Below are positions 1-10,201 of a stretch of DNA of 64,000 nt, one piece after another. A program made the position numbers and the translations under genes. Position 1 is the first letter of the stretch, and each line of letters opens with the position of its first letter. The notes under the pieces were generated by a model that did not search any database, was not told where the DNA came from, and saw only the letters and a program-made list of their open reading frames with translations. Source of the DNA: a virus. The stretch is taken from the IMG/VR virus record IMGVR_UViG_3300030102_001905, positions 1 to 64,000 of that record. One strand, written 5' to 3'.

Positions 1-1857
1 GCAGCTCAATCTGTAGCAGGACTAAATGCACCAGAAGTATATGGTAGAGTATATTTAAAAGATGATGCAAAATTAGGTTTCAAAAAAGAGTTTACAAGCG
101 TACCGTTAGATGAAAGGGGAAAAGGTGGATCAGTCAGCTGGCAATGGAAAGGTAAAACTTATTCAGGCACACTCATTCCTAGTATGGAAGATGAAAAGAA
201 TAGATATGCTAGAACTAAGAATGGTAAAATTAAAACATTACCTAAAGCAAATGAAGGTGGAGATCCTCCTGTAAAAGAAAAGAAAAGAACAAGATTAGAC
301 ATATACGGAGATATTGTCAAATTAAATGAACAACTAAGAGATACTGATTCTCAGCTAGAACAATTCCGTCAAAATATAGGTACAATATACAAAGGTTTTC
401 AGCAAGCTGGAGATGAAACTTTAACAGATGAACAAAGACAGACTGAAATAGATACTTTATTAACTAATAGTTCTATAAACCCTGGTTTATTTGTTGCTAA
501 TACATCTAATCCTAATGAAGGTAGAGTAGTTGGTTTAGATAGTGTACCAAAAGTTACAAGAGATTGGTTACGTAGTATTGGAGGATATGGTTGTACAACT
601 TATGGTTGTGGTCTATTAAGACAAGCTGGTGCTGTAACAGAAGATGGAAGTCCTTTTCCAATGATATCAGGTAATAGCCAACTTAATAGTATGATTGAAA
701 GAAATGAAGGGGGTCTTCAAATGAAGTTAATGGATCCTGGATTTACAGATTTAAAAGCTGGTGATAGAATTGTATCTAATTATAGCACAAGTGGTGGGGA
801 TGGTGAGGCACATACAATGATATTTACAGGAGAGTATGATGATGATGGTTCACCTCTAATGATGGAGAATAGTGGTGGATACGTACCTGGAGGGGTAAGT
901 ATTAGATCATTACAAGACATTAAAGGTTTTAAAGATACAAGTGATCCTAACTCAGGGTTAAGAGTAACAAGATATAATTTAGGTAGAGATAACTTAGTAT
1001 CTCAATTGGACAAGCTAAAAGAAGAATATATGGCTGCTGATCCTGTAGAAGTAGCTGGTCCACCAAAGATAGAAATACAACCTGTTACTGTAGCTCCAAT
1101 AGAAGAACAATTAAAAGGTATATCAGGTTTAAATATACCTATAACTGCAACACAAAGAATAAAATCTAAACAGTTTGCTGGTGAAATATCTGGTGATGTA
1201 TTATTAAGACAAGTATTTGCTGAATCAAGTTTAGATCCTGATGCTGTATCACCAGCAGGTGCAAGAGGTATAGCACAATTTATGCCTAATACAGAAAAAG
1301 AACTTCAAAGATTAAATCTTGTTAATGATAAGTTTGATCCTTTAGATCCATCACAAGCAAGAAATGCACAAGAAGCATATATGAATTACTTAAGTGAAAG
1401 ACCATATTTAGCTAAGGGAAGCCCAGAAGTTCAGCTAGCAAAAGTTTTATATGCTTATAATAGAGGGCCCAATGCAGCCAAAAGAAATTTATCACAACTA
1501 AAAAGCAGTTATGATATATATAATAGTCTTGATTGGTTAGAAGGTATTAACTCTGAGTCAAGAAATTATATAAATAAAATACTTGGCAAAGATGAAAAGT
1601 TTTCTAAAGAATATGAAAATATACTTCTAGATTCTACCAAATCAGATATAGTTAAGTTATATAAAAAGTTTGGTGGTGATGTTGATCTAAAAAGAATATA
1701 TAAAAATTTCTTAGATGGTACCTATGATGGCACAGGTAATGAAAAAAGAGCCAAGGATATATATGATAAGTTAAACAGAATGTATTATAGAGAGGCTAAA
1801 TCAGCTGGAATGAGTATGCCTAATTATGTAATGACTTACATAATTGGAAATTCTTAA
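1..1857 (+). CDS. Virion-associated peptidoglycan hydrolase with CHAP/NlpC-like peptidase and lytic transglycosylase (SLT) domains; 5' end cut by the window edge
   Basis: Frame 1 has no stop from nt 1 to the track ORF start at 184, so the gene begins upstream of the window. The SLT signature VFAESSLDPDAVSPAGARGIAQFMPNT (catalytic Glu-Ser plus AGA.GI.Q) lies at nt ~1200-1560. Upstream, GYGCTTYGCG...AGDRIV...GEAHTMIF...MMENSGG (nt ~570-890) fits a Cys/His/Glu-Asn papain-fold peptidase. Confidence 0.7.
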   Translation, partial: AAQSVAGLNAPEVYGRVYLKDDAKLGFKKEFTSVPLDERGKGGSVSWQWKGKTYSGTLIPSMEDEKNRYARTKNGKIKTLPKANEGGDPPVKEKKRTRLDIYGDIVKLNEQLRDTDSQLEQFRQNIGTIYKGFQQAGDETLTDEQRQTEIDTLLTNSSINPGLFVANTSNPNEGRVVGLDSVPKVTRDWLRSIGGYGCTTYGCGLLRQAGAVTEDGSPFPMISGNSQLNSMIERNEGGLQMKLMDPGFTDLKAGDRIVSNYSTSGGDGEAHTMIFTGEYDDDGSPLMMENSGGYVPGGVSIRSLQDIKGFKDTSDPNSGLRVTRYNLGRDNLVSQLDKLKEEYMAADPVEVAGPPKIEIQPVTVAPIEEQLKGISGLNIPITATQRIKSKQFAGEISGDVLLRQVFAESSLDPDAVSPAGARGIAQFMPNTEKELQRLNLVNDKFDPLDPSQARNAQEAYMNYLSERPYLAKGSPEVQLAKVLYAYNRGPNAAKRNLSQLKSSYDIYNSLDWLEGINSESRNYINKILGKDEKFSKEYENILLDSTKSDIVKLYKKFGGDVDLKRIYKNFLDGTYDGTGNEKRAKDIYDKLNRMYYREAKSAGMSMPNYVMTYIIGNS

Positions 1858-1891
1858 ACCCTAAAGATTAGTGAATCTCCTTAATTATTTG

Positions 1892-1907
1892 TATATTAAT
1901 AATATAA
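1892..1907 (+). promoter_or_regulatory. Copy of the recurrent AT-rich motif TATATTAT-NN-ATATAG (here TATATTAA-TA-ATATAA), preceded by TTTG
   Basis: It lies in the 51-nt gap directly upstream of the ATG at 1909. The same core occurs at 29423-29437, 35355-35370 and 35442-35457, always in intergenic DNA upstream of + strand genes. Confidence 0.3.
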
Positions 1908-1908
1908 T

Positions 1909-4026
1909 ATGAGTAAAGTGAATCTAAACAAAATAAGTTTAAAACAAGACGGTGGAGGTATGATGCAACAACCTGCACAACAAGTTGATCCAGCTCTTAA
2001 ACAGATTGGGTCATTCTTCACTACGGCTGTACAACAAGGTCAGCAGCCAGAACAAGTTGTTATGTCTTTGATGCAGCAAGAAGTTGATCAACAAACTATT
2101 GCTCAAGCTCTTATGCTTGTTGGTTATCAAGAAAAACAACTTACTCAATTATTTAACAATATTGCAGATATGCAAGTAAAAGATAATCAGCCTGCATCAG
2201 CTGAAGAAATTACTTCTAATCCACAAGAACTTGCTAGAGCTGAAGAAATAGAAGATGAGTCTATGGGCTTACCTTTATTAGATGAGATAGATCCTATGGC
2301 TAAGTCTGGTATTGAAATTAAACCAGAGAACAAAGGTAAGTTTACAAGATGGGCTAAGTCACGTGGTATGACTGTTAAAGAAGCATACAGAAAGGTTTTA
2401 GCAAATAAAGATAGGTACCCTGCATCAGTTGTAAAGATGGCTAATTTTGCACGTAATGCAGCTGGTTGGGATAAAGGTAAAAAAGCAGAGACTGGCCAAG
2501 AAATGCTTGATGCAGCAAATCAGTTTGCTAATGTAGCTAACTCAAGAATTGTTGATCAAGATAATGTTATCCTTGCAGGTAATGCACCTAAACAAGAAGA
2601 TGAAGGGTTTATCCAACCAAGTCCATTTTATGTAGATCCTAATGCGTTTAAAGTTGGTAACAATTTTAGTCTAGGTAAAGCAGCTAATGTGCTTCTTGAG
2701 GGTTATGAAGATATGTTTAGTGGTAAAGATAAAGATGGTGATGGATTAAAGGATGGTTCATTTAGAGATTGGGGAAATAAAGCATTAGCTAATAAAGCTA
2801 ACAAATATGCCAATGCAGATTATACTTTTAAGTTTGACCTTAGTGATGAAAACTTAAAAAATATAGAAGCATACAGAGATAGTTTAGGAGAAGATGCAAA
2901 AGTATCTGATGTAGCAGAAGATGCAGGTATTCAAGTTGATCAAGACTTACTTCAGCAAACAACAGGTGCAGTTAGTAATTTCTTAGAACAGAATGTAGAA
3001 AATTTATCTGGTGCTGCATTAGAAACATATAATGCTCTTAAAAAGAAATTGCAAGGTAACAAACGTTATGGAGGAGAAGAATTACCTCAAGCATTATTTG
3101 GTTTTGGCAAAAGAGGTAGACAAGCTAAACAAAAAATAAAAGAAGATCCTATAGCATTTGCAAGACTAATGGCAGGAGATGTTTCAGCAATACCAGGAAT
3201 GATGGCTAAGGTTGGTGTTGAATTACCTACAGCTCAATTTGCTGGTCAGCCTGGTTTTATGGACTTTGATCCATATGATCCAAATTTTGATATGGGTGAT
3301 TATTTACAACAGTTTACTCAGACTGATTATCAAAGAGACATGAACAGTATTATACCTCCAGTACAACAAAGATCTGCAAGTTCAGATGTTGTAGATAATA
3401 GTACAGTAGAACAAGAAGGACCAAGTAGTGAAGAACTGTTTGCTAGGATAAATCAACCAACTGTTGATATTAATACAGGCGGTGTAGGTGGATTTTTAGA
3501 TAGACTTAAAAATAGTAATGTAGCTAGAGCTTTTGGAGATGTATCTAATTTTGCAGTAAAAGCAGCTGATGTTGTAAATGATTTCTTTGAAGATGAAAAA
3601 ATAGCAAAAGCAAAAATAGATTTAAGAAATTCAATGGTTGCTGATAATATTTATGGTACAAAAACAGACCCATTTAATTCTAGAGGTACATTTGATATTA
3701 ATAGTGGATTGATGGGAAGTGAAGGAGATGCAACAACTGGTCTTTATCTAACTAAGGAAGGAAAAGAACTTCCAGCAAGTGTGGATAATCCAGGATTCAG
3801 AGCATTACCCCCAAGTGCTCAGAAAAATATCTTAGATAATATGCCTAAGAAAAAATATGGTGGACCAAAAGGAGAGGACGCTTATCTTGCTAGAAGAGAT
3901 GCTGCTATAAAAGCTTCTATAGCACAACAAAATGCAATGATGGGCGGAGAGAAAAACATTGTTAACGTAGACTCAGACACATTAGCTAAACTTATAGCTG
4001 CAGGTGCTGATATTGAAATGTTATAA
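1909..4026 (+). CDS. Large hypothetical virion/ejection-type protein (705 aa)
   Basis: Long uninterrupted ORF in a run of giant ORFs. It is Gln/Ala-rich with no catalytic motif recognised. The N-terminus MSKVNLNKI resembles that of the next ORF. It also has NKRYGG and KKKYGG motifs. Confidence 0.85.
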   Translation: MSKVNLNKISLKQDGGGMMQQPAQQVDPALKQIGSFFTTAVQQGQQPEQVVMSLMQQEVDQQTIAQALMLVGYQEKQLTQLFNNIADMQVKDNQPASAEEITSNPQELARAEEIEDESMGLPLLDEIDPMAKSGIEIKPENKGKFTRWAKSRGMTVKEAYRKVLANKDRYPASVVKMANFARNAAGWDKGKKAETGQEMLDAANQFANVANSRIVDQDNVILAGNAPKQEDEGFIQPSPFYVDPNAFKVGNNFSLGKAANVLLEGYEDMFSGKDKDGDGLKDGSFRDWGNKALANKANKYANADYTFKFDLSDENLKNIEAYRDSLGEDAKVSDVAEDAGIQVDQDLLQQTTGAVSNFLEQNVENLSGAALETYNALKKKLQGNKRYGGEELPQALFGFGKRGRQAKQKIKEDPIAFARLMAGDVSAIPGMMAKVGVELPTAQFAGQPGFMDFDPYDPNFDMGDYLQQFTQTDYQRDMNSIIPPVQQRSASSDVVDNSTVEQEGPSSEELFARINQPTVDINTGGVGGFLDRLKNSNVARAFGDVSNFAVKAADVVNDFFEDEKIAKAKIDLRNSMVADNIYGTKTDPFNSRGTFDINSGLMGSEGDATTGLYLTKEGKELPASVDNPGFRALPPSAQKNILDNMPKKKYGGPKGEDAYLARRDAAIKASIAQQNAMMGGEKNIVNVDSDTLAKLIAAGADIEML

Positions 4027-4028
4027 TT

Positions 4029-6899
4029 ATGGCAAAAATTAAAATAAATAAATTACCAAAAGGTTTCAAGCTTGTTGATGGCAAGGTTGTACAGGAAATG
4101 AACTATGGTGGCATGGTTTATACCGGTGATCAAGCTAATTATGGTTTGGTTACAACTCCTCAAGAATTCTATGGTGAGACAAACTTTAATAATACACGTG
4201 ATGAAGATGTAAGATATAGTTTGTCTGCAGTCCCTAGAGATAATGCAAATATAGAAGCAGAAGGTGGAGAAACTGTACTAACAGATCTCAACAATGATGG
4301 TATGTTTGGTTTGTATAATATAAACGGACCAAGACATTCACAAGGTGGTGTGCCTATGTTTTTGCCAGAACAATCATTTATTTATAGTGATACACCAAAA
4401 CTTAGATTTACAAAAGAAGAAATGAAAGAATTTGATATGGGAGGTCAAAGAAAAACTCCTGCACAAATTTCTAAAAAGTTTCAGTTGAATGATTACTATG
4501 CAGAATTAGATAGTCAGTATGCAGATAACATATCTTCAAGAAGTGCTGAGCTTATGCTTAGAAAAAATATGCAAGATTTGTCTAAGTTAGGTTTTATGCA
4601 AGAAGCAAAGAAGAACTTTGAGGATGGTGTGCCTTTAGTATCACATCCTTACTTAGTTCAAAATGGTATTGACCCACTACAGTTTACAGCACAAGTTGAG
4701 GGAATAACTGAAAGACAAGCTGCAGAGAATGCTATTTCTCAATTACCACAAGATCAGCAAGATCAATTAAGAATGCTACAACAAATGTTAGTAGCAGCAG
4801 AACAACAAGCAAATCAGGCTGCTGAAAATACAATGAATACTCCAGCAACTTCTGCAATGCAATCTAATCTTGCACAAGGTGATGATGCACTTATGCAAAG
4901 CTTAATGGCTAAAGATGGTTTGGAGATGAAAAACTTTCTTATGAAAGCTCAAGACGGTAATGCAGAGCAGAGTAATGTAACTAGTACATATACAATAAAT
5001 GGGCAAATTGTAGATAGAGCTACTTATGTTGATTATGCAATTAGAAATAATATGCATAGAAAGTTTGATGGAAAACTAGATCAAGACTTTATTGATGGAC
5101 TTTCTGCAGATGAGCTTAAGCTTTATGGTAAAGCTTTTGAAGATATAGATGACTGGGATGTATTTGAGGCTGCAACAAATCCTCTAGTGGGTGATTTAAG
5201 TATTAGTGATGAGGTCTTTGCAGAAAGGTATTCTGATGCATCAAGCAGTGGATCAGAAGAAATAGTTGAGGTAGTGCAGAAAAATGAAGAAAAAATCAAT
5301 CAAGAGATTCAAAAAGAAGCACCAAAAGAAACAGATAAAATTTTAAGTAGATACCCAGAAGGTAGTGATACACGTAATAAATTAGAAGAATTACAAAATA
5401 GTGGTTATGAATTATCTATTGTAGATGGTAGAGTTAGAGCATACAAACCTTTTGAATCAAGATTCCAAAATGTAGAAGCGGGAGAAAGAAGAGAAGCTGA
5501 AGGATCTGGGACAGGATCAGTACCTATTTATAGTGAAGATATAGAAGGTCAAGGTCAAGTATTACAAGGATCACCTATTGGTCAATATAGATATGGTATC
5601 TTATCAGGTGGTAACAGACCTGAGAATCAAGCAGTTACAGGTGAAGGTAGCTTTGGGTCAGCAGAAATAGAAAGTGATGAGGCTAAGGCAGACTTCATGA
5701 ATAGATGGGGTGATGTTGTAAGTCAAATAGAGGGCTTTGATTATAATGCAGGTAGAAGTGATCCACAGTGGTTAGAGTTCCAAAAGCTTGCAGAAAAAAC
5801 AAGAAAAGAAGAAGCAGAAAAATTTGGTATCCCTTATGTTCCATACTTTATGGACAGTGATGATGAAAATTTTGTTAAGGGATCTGGCTTTGACGGTGAC
5901 TTTGGATTACACACATTTAACACACCTAGGTTAGATGTTGACTTTAGTTCTTCAGATGAGCAATTCTTTGACATACCAGAAGAGCCAGAAGAAATAATAC
6001 CACCACAAATAACTCCAGCACCTCTGCCAGAAAAAGAAATGTTTATACAAGATATAAATAATCTAAATGCTTTAGGGTTTATTGATGATAATTTATATCT
6101 ACCATTCCAACCAGTAATGGAAGATCAGAAAATAGATTATGTATTAGATGATTATACTGGTAGAGTAAATGCAAATCTTGCTGCACAAAATACTATGGCA
6201 CAAGCACTAGGTGCATATGGACCACAGGCTATAGCACGTAGTAATATACAAGGTAAAACTTTAGATGCTAATGCTAAAGCTATAAACCAAGTAAATCAGA
6301 ATAATGTTAGAACTATGAATAGGGTAGCTGCATTACAACCTCAATTAGATATGAGGGTTGATGCTATTAATAATAAAAGAGCTAAAGATTTATATGATAA
6401 TACAATAGTAGCATTACAAAACAAAGATAATTTTGACAATTGGAAGACAGCTAAAAATGCAGAACTATTTAATACAGCTATTACAAATGCATCTAATGCA
6501 TATAATATGAATACTTTGTATGACTATTATAATGTAGATCCAAGTGCTGGTGGAGATGTTGTATTTACACCTGGTGGTAGACAACTATATAAGCAAAGCC
6601 AAGCAGATGGTCAACAAAAAATGCTTGATGACTATATTGACCTTAAAAAGAATTTAGGACCAGATGTTGAAATTGATGAAGATTTCTTAAAAATGTATAT
6701 GGGTATGGGTAGTAATCAAGTTATGCCTGGTACAACAGCAGGACAGAATGAATTACAGCAAAGAGGTATACCAGGATACCCAGGTTCTAATAACATAATG
6801 ACTAATAATCAACAAGTAGAATCAGGTAAACTAGGTAACAAAGAAAAAAGATTAAAGAAGTTTGTAGTGCCCTTTTATAGTGGCAAGATGGGTTCATAA
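4029..6899 (+). CDS. Large hypothetical virion/ejection-type protein (956 aa)
   Basis: It starts 2 nt after the previous stop. The N-terminus is MAKIKINKL. It contains the motif NINGPRHSQGGVPMF and Gln-rich linkers. No assignable enzymatic signature. Confidence 0.85.
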   Translation: MAKIKINKLPKGFKLVDGKVVQEMNYGGMVYTGDQANYGLVTTPQEFYGETNFNNTRDEDVRYSLSAVPRDNANIEAEGGETVLTDLNNDGMFGLYNINGPRHSQGGVPMFLPEQSFIYSDTPKLRFTKEEMKEFDMGGQRKTPAQISKKFQLNDYYAELDSQYADNISSRSAELMLRKNMQDLSKLGFMQEAKKNFEDGVPLVSHPYLVQNGIDPLQFTAQVEGITERQAAENAISQLPQDQQDQLRMLQQMLVAAEQQANQAAENTMNTPATSAMQSNLAQGDDALMQSLMAKDGLEMKNFLMKAQDGNAEQSNVTSTYTINGQIVDRATYVDYAIRNNMHRKFDGKLDQDFIDGLSADELKLYGKAFEDIDDWDVFEAATNPLVGDLSISDEVFAERYSDASSSGSEEIVEVVQKNEEKINQEIQKEAPKETDKILSRYPEGSDTRNKLEELQNSGYELSIVDGRVRAYKPFESRFQNVEAGERREAEGSGTGSVPIYSEDIEGQGQVLQGSPIGQYRYGILSGGNRPENQAVTGEGSFGSAEIESDEAKADFMNRWGDVVSQIEGFDYNAGRSDPQWLEFQKLAEKTRKEEAEKFGIPYVPYFMDSDDENFVKGSGFDGDFGLHTFNTPRLDVDFSSSDEQFFDIPEEPEEIIPPQITPAPLPEKEMFIQDINNLNALGFIDDNLYLPFQPVMEDQKIDYVLDDYTGRVNANLAAQNTMAQALGAYGPQAIARSNIQGKTLDANAKAINQVNQNNVRTMNRVAALQPQLDMRVDAINNKRAKDLYDNTIVALQNKDNFDNWKTAKNAELFNTAITNASNAYNMNTLYDYYNVDPSAGGDVVFTPGGRQLYKQSQADGQQKMLDDYIDLKKNLGPDVEIDEDFLKMYMGMGSNQVMPGTTAGQNELQQRGIPGYPGSNNIMTNNQQVESGKLGNKEKRLKKFVVPFYSGKMGS

Positions 6900-6923
6900 A
6901 CTTAAAGAGTTTATTTTCAATCT

Positions 6924-6954
6924 TTTGTAAACTTAAAAAATAAAACTAATTTTG
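6924..6954 (+). promoter_or_regulatory. Bacteroidota-type sigma-A promoter candidate (TTTG-N19-TAATTTTG)
   Basis: TTTG at 6924-6927, a 19-nt spacer, then TAATTTTG at 6947-6954 match the published Bacteroides/Flavobacterium consensus TTTG-N19-21-TAnnTTTG. It sits in the 59-nt gap before the 1080-aa ORF, 4 nt from its ATG. Confidence 0.35.
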
Positions 6955-6958
6955 AACT

Positions 6959-9900
6959 ATGGCAACATATATTAAAGGAGCAGATACATATTTACCAGAA
7001 ATTACTCCGTTTACACCGGATTTTAAATTTCTGTCTGCTGTTTTAGATACTAGAACAGATAAATATGATGCTAATTTCCAAGCAACTAATGACCTTTATA
7101 ATAAGGTTGTGTATGCTGATCTATCTAGACAAGATACAAAAGATAGAAGAGATCAGTATGCAGAGACTATTGCACCACAAATTCAACAGATTTCAGGTCT
7201 AGATTTATCATTACAACAAAATGTTGATCAAGCAAAGTCTGTATTTGCCCCTTTTTATGATGATGATCTTACTGTAAAAGATATTGTTTATACTAAGCAG
7301 TATAGAGATGAGATGGCATATGCCAATAGATTATTAGATAATCCTGACCAAGTGCAAAGAGAAAAATACTGGGAGACTGGTATTAGAAAGATGCAGTATG
7401 AAATGGATGACTTTATAAATGGAAGTGAATCAGCAGCATTATCTGCACCACTACCAAAGTATATTGAAGACGCAGACTTAAATGAACTAGCTCAACAGAT
7501 TTTATCTGAAATGGATCCTCCACTTAAAATGAAGATGGACCGTTTTGCTACTGATGAAGATGGTAATGTCCAAACAGACTTTATTATTACAGAACAAAAT
7601 GGTAGACTTGTTACTGGAGCAGCATTAAATATTATAAAGAATAGATTACTAGATGATCCAAGAGTACAAAGAGCATATTATGCAGATGCATTTGTAAAGA
7701 GCAGGGATTTTGCAGCAGCGGGTATGAATGCTGGTCAGTTTAATACTGTTGATCAAGGTCAACAAGCATGGGCTGATGAAACTATATCAAGAATTAATGC
7801 ACTTAATGAGCAAAGAACTCAAGAAACTATAAAAGAAGTAAAAAAACTTGATGATGCAAATGTACGTTGGTCAAACTATAAAGCTAATAATGGAGTAGTA
7901 CCTGATTCTGATGAAGCAGAAGCAATAGAAGAACAACTATCTGTTGCAGAACAAACACAGCAAGCACTTGATGATATGCTTAATATAAATCAAGAAGCTA
8001 GAACACCAAGTAAAAGTGTACAGGGTAGTCTTAATAAAGCATATAATCTACTAATGAACTATAACATTATGGATGATATGCAGAAAGCTGCTACTGACTT
8101 TGCTGCAAGAGATCAAGAGTATACTATTAGAGAGAATAGATTTGCTCTGGCTGAAAAGGAGTTTAAATATGATTTAGCATTAGAAAGAGCAAGAGCTGCA
8201 AATGCATTAAATCTTGAAGCATTAAAACAAAAAAATAGACTTGATTTAGCTGCAGCAAAAGGTGAGCTCATGCAAGTTGACCCACTTGCTAGTATATTAA
8301 CTAAGCCTGGAGTAGAAGTTGGAGATGGTTCTTCTACAGTAGTTGCTGTTGATGATGATGGAGAAATCAGCCCTAATACAGATATGGTATTATTAAATCA
8401 GCAACAATTCCAAAATGAAGATAATAAAATACATAATAATCAAGTTAATGGTATATTAGAGTCATTACAAATTTTAGATCCAAAAGGTAATACAGCAGCA
8501 CAAGATCAAACATACCAACTTAAAGGTAGTGATGGTAACGTTTTAATGATAGGTGGTGTACCATTAGAAGGTAATATAGAAACGCTTAGAAATTTACTTA
8601 CTCAAGCTAATACAAATGAAGAGGATGGCTCTGTTATTAGTTATATAAATAGAGAGATTGTAGATCAAGTATATGATATACAAGCTGATAGAGTAAAAGA
8701 TACTAAACAAGTTACCATGAATGATCCTAATGTAACTCTTAGTGAGGATCAAAGAACACAATATGATGATCTATATAACGCATTTTTTGGTCTAAATGGT
8801 ATTGAGACACAAAGAAATACTTTAGCAGTACATACAAAAAAAATAAATGATCTAACATTACAGGCATATGATCTAATGGAATCTGAAGCATTAGCTGAAA
8901 GTAAAGGAAAAAATAATATTAATTTACTTACTCAAGCAGGATTTCCAAGAATTGTAGATGCAAACGGTAGTGTATTAAGCAAAGAAGAGTATACTAATTT
9001 AGTTATACAAGGTGTTGAAAATGGAACTATTGAAAACCCAGATTTATATGGGTATGATAGTGGTACAGGAAATAAAAACTATAAGGTTCATGCTTATACT
9101 ACTCAGTATTATGAATTTGGTCCACAGAAAACATATCAATATGATAGTCAAGGTAAACCAGTAATGGAAATTGACAGATCAGCAGTAGCAAATGATGTTA
9201 ATGCTATATATGATCAAATGTATAATATGCTTAATCAAGCTAGAACAGGTGCTAAGGGTGATATACCTACTGCAACATACAATTCTTTAAGATATGGTGC
9301 TGATCAGAATCCATCAGATGCAATTAGCATGCCTACATATACATATCCTATAAATCCATTGGCTGGTCTTGATCCAAATGCACGTGCTGAAATGGTTAAT
9401 TTATTTAATCAACTAAATACATTTGATAAAAAGGGACAAGTTTATGGTATATTACCAGGTGATTTAGATAATGTAGATGTAGAAGATTTACTTACAAAGA
9501 ATCCTTTAGCTGTAAGAGCACTAGAGCTTTATAAAGAAGATTTAGCAACATATTTAAATGATCCTAAACAAAGCCGTACAGATAAAATAGCACCAATAGC
9601 TACATTAAAATATAAACCAGTATACGGCCCAGCAGGAGAGGCTGTAAAAACAACAGCCGGATATCAGATTATATTTAGTCCTGAGTGGCTAGCTTCTAAA
9701 AAAGCAGGAACAACAGATGCACCAGTTGGAGCATTTACTACTGCAGAAATTAGACAGCTACAAGGATTAGATGATGAATCAGAAACATCAGCTGGAATTT
9801 CTATAGTATTTGAGCAAAGGCTTGATAATAATACTAAAGGGACAAACAACTCTTATTACTCTTTTGTAGAGTCTGATATACTTGCAAGTGAGAATGGATT

Positions 9901-10201
9901 TGCAGATTATACTATACCTGATGGTTTAGTTAATACTGCAGAATACAGAATCATAAAAGCTGGAACTGGAGATTATAAAATAAACTATACTGTAAATAGA
10001 TATGTACCATATGATCCTAATGCTGCACAAGGCACAACAGGAATATATGTACCCGAAACAGCAACTGCACCTGTAGATTTTTCATTAGGTTTACCTGGTG
10101 TAGATAGACAAGTAAAAGAACTACAATCTTATTTTGAAGGCATACGTAATTCAAATAGACTTGCCAAGAAAAAAGATACAGAGCAATACGGAGAGAGATA
10201 A
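6959..10201 (+). CDS. Large hypothetical virion protein (1080 aa)
   Basis: Uninterrupted ORF. Its stop overlaps the ATG of the giant ORF (TAATG at 10199-10203), implying translational coupling. No recognisable motif. Confidence 0.85.
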   Translation: MATYIKGADTYLPEITPFTPDFKFLSAVLDTRTDKYDANFQATNDLYNKVVYADLSRQDTKDRRDQYAETIAPQIQQISGLDLSLQQNVDQAKSVFAPFYDDDLTVKDIVYTKQYRDEMAYANRLLDNPDQVQREKYWETGIRKMQYEMDDFINGSESAALSAPLPKYIEDADLNELAQQILSEMDPPLKMKMDRFATDEDGNVQTDFIITEQNGRLVTGAALNIIKNRLLDDPRVQRAYYADAFVKSRDFAAAGMNAGQFNTVDQGQQAWADETISRINALNEQRTQETIKEVKKLDDANVRWSNYKANNGVVPDSDEAEAIEEQLSVAEQTQQALDDMLNINQEARTPSKSVQGSLNKAYNLLMNYNIMDDMQKAATDFAARDQEYTIRENRFALAEKEFKYDLALERARAANALNLEALKQKNRLDLAAAKGELMQVDPLASILTKPGVEVGDGSSTVVAVDDDGEISPNTDMVLLNQQQFQNEDNKIHNNQVNGILESLQILDPKGNTAAQDQTYQLKGSDGNVLMIGGVPLEGNIETLRNLLTQANTNEEDGSVISYINREIVDQVYDIQADRVKDTKQVTMNDPNVTLSEDQRTQYDDLYNAFFGLNGIETQRNTLAVHTKKINDLTLQAYDLMESEALAESKGKNNINLLTQAGFPRIVDANGSVLSKEEYTNLVIQGVENGTIENPDLYGYDSGTGNKNYKVHAYTTQYYEFGPQKTYQYDSQGKPVMEIDRSAVANDVNAIYDQMYNMLNQARTGAKGDIPTATYNSLRYGADQNPSDAISMPTYTYPINPLAGLDPNARAEMVNLFNQLNTFDKKGQVYGILPGDLDNVDVEDLLTKNPLAVRALELYKEDLATYLNDPKQSRTDKIAPIATLKYKPVYGPAGEAVKTTAGYQIIFSPEWLASKKAGTTDAPVGAFTTAEIRQLQGLDDESETSAGISIVFEQRLDNNTKGTNNSYYSFVESDILASENGFADYTIPDGLVNTAEYRIIKAGTGDYKINYTVNRYVPYDPNAAQGTTGIYVPETATAPVDFSLGLPGVDRQVKELQSYFEGIRNSNRLAKKKDTEQYGER

